From Chrysemys picta bellii (Eukaryota), in NCBI RefSeq assembly GCF_011386835.1, contig NC_088800.1, forward strand, positions 8,060,001 to 8,124,000: a stretch of 64,000 nucleotides of DNA. The letters are read 5' to 3'. A model generated the notes under the pieces. That model searched no databases and had not been told where the DNA came from. It worked only from the letters and a program-made list of their open reading frames with translations. Of this stretch, positions 23,801 to 32,800 are shown piece by piece (position 1 is the stretch's first letter; the number at the start of each line of letters is the position of its first letter). The position numbers and the translations under genes are program-made.

Positions 23801-26800
23801 AATGCTGCAGTGATGAAAAACAAATGTTAACTTCCTGAATCCTCTGAGGCGAACAGGAAGACAATTGTTCAACTTCTAGGCCTGTAAATTTCACATCTGC
23901 TTCATTTACATGCATGAGACCTAAGGAGCTTGCGTCATAAAACTGCACAATATGTCCATGGCGAGGGGCGAATCAGTGTCCTTTTTACAGAGAATAGCTG
24001 ACAGATAACATGTCAATGATGAATGTTCAAGAATTAGATCCAAAAGCTATCAGGCAAACTGTAAATAGATCACATTAATGGTTTGTTTTTTAAAAAACTG
24101 ACTGACCTGCCTATTTCGGGACGTTGTTGTTTAAAATACAAAGTCGGTGGAGCTGGTACCTGATGTAGATGTTACTTTTTGCCACTGACACACTTCTCTC
24201 CTTTTACAGTCTGAGATTCAAGGCCTGGCCAAAAAGTGTAACTGGACAGTTCGTTTGGTGGAAAAGTGGTTTAGGAGACGGCGAAATCTTGAGCTCCCAA
24301 CGATGCTTCGGAAATTCCAGGAAGCTTGGTAGGAAGAGAAAACTACCTTTATTGTGGGCCTGCGTATTTCAAAAGGGGCTACTAATTTTGGGTGCCCAAC
24401 TTGAGTTCCCCTTAAGTGGGCTCATTTACTGCAGCTGCATAGAGCTTTTTGGCCTCTAAGGTATGACAAGCAGAGCCCCTCTAATCATCCCCATTTTACA
24501 GATGGGGACACTGAGGCATAGGAAAGTGAAGGGACTTAACCAAGGCCCCACTGCAGGAAAATGGTAGAGCAGATAAAATCACCATGGTCCTTTTCATTTG
24601 CCTGGTGCCAGGGATTCCCAAGCCCATATTGTTTGGAATAGCCCAATTATTTTTGCTGTCTTGGCAGTTAATGAAAGAACCATCATAAGGATTAGCATTA
24701 TAATGAGTGCTATGTAAAGTCCAAATCCTGCCTGCCATGTTCCACTAAATGGAGTGGGTTTCCAGGCAGGATTTGGGGAGACTTTTGAATCTTAAAACTA
24801 ATGATATGGTAGAATATTGCATCTGTGTTACATTTCAGTAGAGAATTATTTATGTAAAAAAAAAAATCCCAATTCTGTAGGTCCTATGTTTCACAATGGA
24901 TGGGATGAAAACGTATATGGTTGTGACGACACTAAATTCTGGACTCCTCTCACTCATCTTACCGATGTGCTATTTAATATGTATATGTATGTGTGTTCAC
25001 ATGCATTCAGTGCCATTTAATATCAGTTCACTTAATAGGTAATATTTTTATTATTGAATCTTTACTGAAATGTTTAGCAAATAGTATGTACCATAACACA
25101 CAAAAAGAATAATTTTTAAAAAATGAAGTTCTTTCTCTTTCTTATCAGGTGGTTTTTTTTTTTTAAGTTTGCAAGCAAATGGATGTCCTCTGTTCATCTG
25201 TCTCCAGTTTGCTGTCAATGGAAGCTTGCAGAGAACAGGAACAAACTTTTGCTTGCAAAAAGTGTGGGCTGAAAGAGAAGGTCTTGTTAGTCCTTGTTCA
25301 AATGTGTATTTATGCTGCTATTGTGAAAGCCATTTTGGGGTTTAGGGGTCATATCAGGGAGCAGTAACAGTAGCCTGTGAATTAAGTGGCCAGTGACACA
25401 GAATGAATACTGGATACTCCTGGAGAACGGCTTCTGAACATAAACTGAAATATGGTCTCATCAATCAGACATTAATAAATCATGTTGAATGACAAAAATG
25501 TTCATCAACAACAAAACCTGTGTGCTCATAATTCCAAGATAGACCCAGCATTTAAGAGGGAGATTTTCAAAAGCAGCTAAGGGCTTGTCTACACTTTGAC
25601 TGCTTTAACTCTGCTAGCATAATTAAACTCCTAGTGTGGATGCACATATACTAGTATAAAGTGCTCATAGCAGTATAGTTTATACTGGCTTGGGGGAACC
25701 AAAATAATCTATGCCTCTATTAGGCAGATTTATGGCTATATAACTGCATCCAAATCAGGGCTTTTACTGGCATAACTATTTTGTCAAAATGAATAATTAT
25801 GCTGGCAAAACTTTACTAGTATAGATGAGCCTAAGTGATAGAGGAGTATAAATCCCATTGTCTTTCATTAGAACCCGTGAGTGAGCTTTGCTTTGGGTCC
25901 TGGGATTTGTTCACATTACAAATTCACAACGAAACACAGTTTCTGAAATATTTAGCAAATAGTATGGACCGTAACACACAAAAAGTCCTGCAAAGACTTA
26001 CACATGAGCTGTCCCTCTGAAGTCAGTGGGACTGCTCACATGCATAAACACATACATAGACTCTAACCCTGCAACGATTTAAGAGCTAAATCCTGCAAGG
26101 TGCTGAACACTCGGGCCCTGATTCAGGAAAGCATTTAAGCACATGCTTAACTTTAAACACAGGAATAGGCCCATTGAAGTCAACAGAACTAGTCACATAC
26201 TTAAAGTTAAGCACTTGCTTCACAGGATTAGATATCTGCACCTTGCATGATCAGGCCTGCAGTGGGCTGAAAACTGGGGGAGGGGGAAAATCTGCATGAA
26301 CCCCTACAAACTGCATATGCTGGCTAACACGTTGATCCGCTCATTGGCTCCACCTGTGATGCTGGCTTTGAGCCAGGGCAGTGCAAGACAAGGTGGGGCT
26401 GCCTTTGTTCATATATGCTCTCCTAGCATATATTACAGCTCTCTCATCTTGTCTCAGGTGCTAATTTACATGACTTACGTGAGTTAGCAGAAGCCTATAG
26501 TCATCGTCTCTGTATCTGTCTATGGATTGGTTTTAGTGTAGGCAGCTTCCTTGTCAGGGTTCTATCTTGTCTTGTCTTCTTCAGCATGTCAAATCTGCTT
26601 GGTCATTCTGCAACTCTGTTTCTTAACAGTATTATGAAACACTGTTAATTAAGAAAATGTTTTCACCAGATTTTGTGTCTCGTGTCTGTCTCTACTCCCA
26701 CTCTTGACACCTGAAATCAAGCAACATTTTCATGTTGGCTGGAGCCACTCCTTGGCCAGCAAGAGTTGCTTTGGGATAAGTTGGGGGTTGAGTGAGACCA

Positions 26801-29800
26801 ATCCCTGAAGAAAAGGAAATAAGCGTAATGTATTGCATTTCCATCATCTTAAAAAATAGGCCTGGAATGCCCCTGCCCAATCCTTCGCCCTTCCCAAATT
26901 CAAGACCATTACCTCCTACTCAGACTCTTTAGCTATTACACCAGTGCTGGGCTGGCTGGAATTTACAACATCTCTACTAGATTTGTAAGGAACAATATGG
27001 TTTCAGTTCACTTGTAAGCTTTGTTTGGAGATTTCAGTTCATGTTTTGCCCGGTTTGGATAAAAGCCAAGTACCACATGACTGCCACCCAAAACCAAAAA
27101 TCGGGCTCAGCGAAATGCTAGCTAACCTGGCCCAAGGGTCAACCAAAATCAGGCAGTGAGACATCAATTTGCTCAGTTTGCTACAGCTCTGCTGTTTTCT
27201 ACCTTTTCGGTTAAGAGACCAATAGAAGTTAGTTTGATTGCGAACTAAAACAAGTTGGTAAGTGGTGCCCTCAAGGCCCCATAGATTTTAGTAGTAGTTA
27301 ATGGCGCTCACCACCTTGCAGAAGGTGGTTCTTAGGAGAAATAGAATTGTGAAAGTGTAATAGTGCAGGCCACCCCAGAAATGGTGCCACAGCTGACCTC
27401 TACCTTGATTTCCCCTCACCTGGGGTATAAAGAAGTCTAATCAGACCTTCAGGTACTAAAGACTTCGCCCTTTGGAGGGTCTCATTTATTAACAGAAAAA
27501 GCCAGCACAAAGTATAAGTAAAACCTTCATCCCCAGTGTTTTAGCTGGGAGACAGAGTCAGTCTTATTTTTTGTCCCACCTGAGTCCATTGCTTGCCTCT
27601 ATCCAGGTCCTTTACCAGCAGGGTTCTCTTGACTCGAGTTCCTTTCCTGGAGTTGGATCTCTTGCCACTACCTCAGAAGAATCTTTCCCCAGAGCGAGAG
27701 GTCTTCTCAGGAACAGCCTGTGGTTCCTGACAGGTTGGCCTTCTGTTGTATCCACCACCCGAGGTATTAACAAACTTTAACAGAACTTTATTTACAGCAG
27801 AAGTCTCTTTTCCAAGCTGTAGCTGCACACCCTGTAACTCTCCCAGCCTCCTCAACTCCTCCCCCCTCCTTCCTGTTTCCTGTCCTTTCAGACTCCCAAC
27901 AGCCAGTGCTCCCAGTTCTAATAATACAAGCAGCATCTAAACACCACATTCCCTCATCTCTTAAGAAACTTCCAAATTAAAATAAACATTGTTGTTCTAA
28001 CCCCAGGAACAAATATGAAACAAGACACTACACGGTTGGCAGGAATATTACACTGAAAACATTGTAGATACTACATAACATACAGTCTTTAGTCCAGGCA
28101 GGTAGTTGTCTGAGTCTGACAGGCCGTCTCTCAAGTTCAATGTCTTGTTGTGTTGGTTCTACAGTGAAGTCATCCAATGCAGACTGGGTGTTGGCATAAT
28201 CTCCTCTTGGTGCATAGGCAAGTGCAAGATAAGAAGCATTCCATACCCGCCCATCAGAAAGTCAATAGGTGTAAGGTCCCTTCTTCTCTATGATTTTAAG
28301 AGGAGCTGTGAATTTATGGTCCCCTTTGCATCAGATTCCAGGTTTTCATATTCTAACAAAGGAACCACACTCAAACTTTGGTTCCTTAGCACCCCGCCAT
28401 TTGTCTGTGAAAGCCTTAGACTTTCTGTTCAACTGTCTTTCTCTCAGCATTACTTAGTGTCCTTGAAGCAAATGCAACAGTCCTCTCTGTGTTGTCCTCA
28501 TGAAGTTGTGTGAGGACAGCCCCAAGTCCATAATCAGAAACATCAGTAGTTACAATTGTGGGCAATGCGGGACTTAATAATGCAAGTACTGGACTATGTA
28601 CAATCAAGTCTTTCACCCTTTCGAAACTAACTTGTGCATCCGTTGTCCACACTAAGGTTGAACTTCTCCGTAGTAATTCTCGTAACGGTTCAATGACAGA
28701 AGCATAATTGGGAATGAATTTTGCATACCAGGAGGTAAGACCCAAGAAGGAACATAAGGTTTGCAAATCTGTTGGAGGAGGAGCATTTGAAATTGCCAGG
28801 ATATGATCTGTATCAGGTTTTAGTCCAGCCTGTGAAATTGTATGCCCCTGAAAGGAGAGTTCAGTTTGTCTAAATTTGCATTTGGACCTATTGAGCTTGA
28901 GGCCTGCTTTGCTGATGCAGTTTAGTACAGACTGCAGGTTATTGTCATGCTCCTCAGTAGTATTTCCAAACACAATAATATCATCCAAATAGCACTGAAC
29001 TCCATGTTGATTCTTCAGAATCAATTACATCATTTTTTGGAAGGCACTTTGGGCTGATGCGAGACCGTATGGAACATGTTTAAAACGAAATAGTCCCTGA
29101 TGTGTAATAAATGCTGTGAGGTCTCTGCTATCTTCATGCAACATAACCTGGTGGTATGTGCTCTGCAAATCAAGAGTAGAAAACATCTTTGCTCCACGGA
29201 GTTCTGCAAATACTTCTTCTATGTGAGGAAGAGGATGGCTGTCAATCACAATAGCTTTATTTGGCTCCCTTAAGTCCACACAAAGGCGAATGTCTCCACC
29301 CTTCTTCTGCATCACTACTATAGGGGAAACCCATTCCGAGGAGTTAATCTCTTCAATAATGTCCTTTTGAACAAGTTTTCTAAGTTCCTCTGAAACAGCT
29401 TCCCTGACTGAAAATGATAAGCTCCGTAATTTCTGTCGTACAGGATCACATTATTCCGCATTTTAACTTTATGCAGAAACCCATAAGCACAGCCAAGTTT
29501 TTCCGCAACCTGGAGTTGGGTCCCAGCTGAAACTGGTGTGTGTACCGCAAGAGTGCTTTGCTCAGGAAGATCAATTCGTCCATTAACTACCCTGAGATTT
29601 AAAGCAGCTAATAAATCTCTGCCAAGGATAGCAGTGCCTTTGTGGACAATGCAACAGAGAGTCCTGTGGCACCTTTAAGACTAACAGATGTATTGGAGCA
29701 TAAGCTTTCGTGGGTGAATGCGTCATCCGACGATGTGGGCATTCACCCACGAAAGCTCATGCTCCAATACATCTGTTTGTCTTAAAGGTGCCACAGGACC

Positions 29801-32800
29801 CTCTGTTGCTTTTTACAGATCCAGACTAACACGGCTACCCCTCTGATACTTGATTTGTGGACAATGTAGAACTCCGCAGTTACACAGCGATCACCAAAAG
29901 TAACTATTGCTGGCAGGCAGCCATGTACTGGAATACGGTTTTTCAAATCGCATACCAAGTGAAGTTTGGGTTCAGTAAGAGGCACATCTTTAAAGTAACG
30001 CAAATAGATGGAATCAGGTTGTATAGATCCTGCTGAGCCAGTGTCCAACATTAGCTGAACAGAGTGTGATTTGCCTGAGGGTATGGCAGAAACATTCACA
30101 GTGCACTTTATCTGTTCTGGAATATGTGCAGTAGTGATTTTGTCTACACTCAGCACAGTAACGTCTGGTATTGTAACTGCATGCACCTGTTGATTGAACT
30201 GGCGACTGCGACATACTTTAGCAAAATGCCCAATCTTTTTGCAATGGTTGCACTGAGCTGCTTTTGCTGGACATCCTGTGTAGCTTGCAAGATGTTGTGG
30301 GGCTCCACAGCGAAAGCATGCTTGTACTGTATTTTGCATTCGCTGGTTCGGCGGCTTTTCATTAGTTTTCCTTTTGCAGTTGTTTGTCTGCAGCGATAGT
30401 GAACTTTTCTGCAAAGGAGTCACAGTCTGGATTGGGCCTCCTGTATCTTTGCTCATTATTTTGGCTTCAGCTGTAGCTGACTCAATCTGAGTAGCAATGG
30501 GTATTGCTTTTTCTAGTGTAAGTTGTGGTTCTAGAAGTAGGCGTTCTCTTACATGAAGCATGGTTGTTTTCTCAGTGAGCTGGTCCCTAATCATCTCATC
30601 TGCCATATTCCCAAAGTCACATGTTGCAATCAGACTTCTCAAGGAAGCCATATACTGCATTATAGTCTCCCCTGGTTTCTGCTCACGCTGGCGAAATCTG
30701 TAGCGATTAGCTACTACATTCACTTTTGGCACAAAAATTATTTAATGCAGTGAGTGCAGTCTCATATTTATCATCTGCAAGGGGAAAAGTGTATATTTTA
30801 CACTGCCCCTGTGCTCCAAGGCAGTGGATTAGCAGAGCACGCTTTCTTACTTCAGAAATCTCTGTAGCGCTGATTGCAAGCAGATAAGTCTCAAACATAT
30901 GGATCCAGGCAGTAAAAGCAATTGGAGGCTCACCTGGGCTTTGCAGAAAGGGTGCGAGTGGGTTCAGAGGCAGAAGATCCAGCCTCGTCGCCAAAATGTT
31001 GTATCCACCACGTAAGGTATTAACAAACTTTAACAGAACTTTATTTACAGCGGAAGTCTCTTTTCCAAGCTGTCGCTGCACACCCTGGAACTCTCCCAGC
31101 CTCCTCAACTCCTCCCCCATCCTTCCTGTTTCCTGTCCTTTCAGACTCCCAACAGCCAGTGCTCCCAGTTCTAATAATAAAAGCAGCATCTAAACACCAC
31201 ACCTTCCAGTCACTGTTTCGAGATCCCTTTACTGGGACCAGGTAGGGTTACCATATTTAGTGCCTCCGAAAGGAGGACACTTTAAAGGGGCCCCAACCCC
31301 GCCCCCAGCCCCGCCCCAACCCCGCCCCCTCCCCAAAGTCTCCGCCCCCTCCCCTGCTTCCCGCGAACATTTGAGTCGCGGGAAGCCTGAAGCAGGTAAG
31401 GGGTGTGTGGGGGGAGGAGGCGCGGCCCACCCCCGGCACCGCAGGTCCCCAGCCCGTCCCCCGAGCCCCCGGCCCGGCACCGCCTGCCGAGTCCCCGACC
31501 CGGCACCCGAGTCCCCGGCCAGGCCCCCCGAGTCCCCGGCACGGCACGGCACCGGGCCCCCCCGAGCACCGCCGGCACCCGGCCCGGCACCCGAGCCGGC
31601 ACCGGGCCCCTCCGAGCACCGCCGGCACCCGGCACCCGAGCCGCCAGCCGAGCCCCCCGGCCTGGCCCGGCACCGGGCCTGGCCCGGCACCGGGCCCCCC
31701 CGAGCACCGCCGGCCGAGCCCCCGGCCCGGCCCAGCACCCGGCCCCCCCGAGCACCGCCGGCACCCGGCCCGGCACCCGGCACCCGAGCCGCCGGCCGAG
31801 CCCCCCGGCCCGGCCCGGCACCGGGCCCCCCCGAGCACCGCCGGCACCCGAGCCGCCGGCCGAGCTCCCCGGCCCCGGGCCCCCCCGAGCACCGCCGGCC
31901 AGGCCCCCCGAGCCCCCGGCCCGGCACCGGCCCCCCCCCCGAGCACCGCCGGCGGAGCCCCCGGCACCCGAGCCGCCGACCGCATGTCCGATTTTCCCGG
32001 ACATGTCCAGCTTTTTGGGATTTCCCCCCGGACGGGGATTTGGAGCCCAAAAAGCCGGACATGTCCGGGAAAATCCAGACGTATGGTAACCCTAGGACCA
32101 GGCCTTCCTGGTGGCCTGCTAACTGTAGCTCTCCCTTAGGGATCTTCTCTCTCTAGGAGCATACCTTGTAGGTCCTTTCCCCAGTGAGTTCCCCTGACCA
32201 GCTTCCTGTCCCTGGGAACAAACATTTCCTCTGTGGGAGACTTCTCTCTAGGAGCACCTTCTCCATGAGAGTACCTACCATCCCTAACCCGAAATAACCT
32301 TTTTTACTAGGTCCAGATGTTCGTTTACTAGCTAATATTTAATTAGCTACCTGGGGCAGTCAGTTACCCCTTAGTTGGGTCTTCAGAAGGCAGCTCCAAG
32401 AAGACTGGGCCCTGATCCCCCTTAAAGGGACCAGTCGCCCCATGACAGGAAAAAGTTCTTATTCAAATGTGACTATCTGGCAGTAGGAGAGAGAGACTAT
32501 GCAATGGTAAGTGTCGGGCAAATTTAACATAAGATGGTGCTACCAGCCTCGCCTATAACGTACATACCGGTAAATCAAATTGCCATTTGCTATGGATGTT
32601 CATTGTCTTTCACACTGGAAAAATATTGATACATTCTGTAAAGGCCATCAGAAGAGAGGGGTTACTTTAGACAATCATAACAGAGAAATGTGCACATTCC
32701 TTAGCCCTATTGTGGTTATGTAAATCCCTACACCTGGTTGTTAATAACGATTAGCCAATCCAAAAGAGAAATATTTGCATAATGGCGATTGAGAGATAAT

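Larger units (their letters stand above)
27744..31201 (-). mobile_element. Ty3/Gypsy LTR retrotransposon, internally deleted and non-functional
   Basis: Two 205-bp TG...CA LTRs (27744-27948, 30997-31201; 8 differences); 5-bp TSD CCTTC (27739-27743, 31202-31206); PBS and PPT present. Gag has two CCHC knuckles ([30 protein letters not shown]); protease LDTGS; RT RLCVDL...YLDD; RNase H start [12 protein letters not shown]; integrase C-terminal KGPYTY remnant. Confidence 0.95.
27356..32447. mobile_element. Probable solo LTR (about 770 bp without inserts) hosting the Gypsy element and a hAT MITE
   Basis: Begins tgtaat..., ends ...cttaaagggaccagtcgccccatgaca (TG...CA); the flanks rejoin once both TSD-bounded inserts are removed. 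No TSD found for this host. Confidence 0.4.

Noticed and set aside
27673-27940. ORFs [11 protein letters not shown]... and MYPPPEVL..., duplicated at 30996-31193
   Set aside because: Chance ORFs across the two Gypsy LTRs; the duplication reflects the LTR pair, not paralogous genes.
31229-32156. Six overlapping 228-298 aa Gly/Ala/Arg/Pro-rich ORFs
   Set aside because: They lie in the GC minisatellite of a TSD-bounded MITE; stop codons are absent in all frames because there is almost no A/T. Not a gene.
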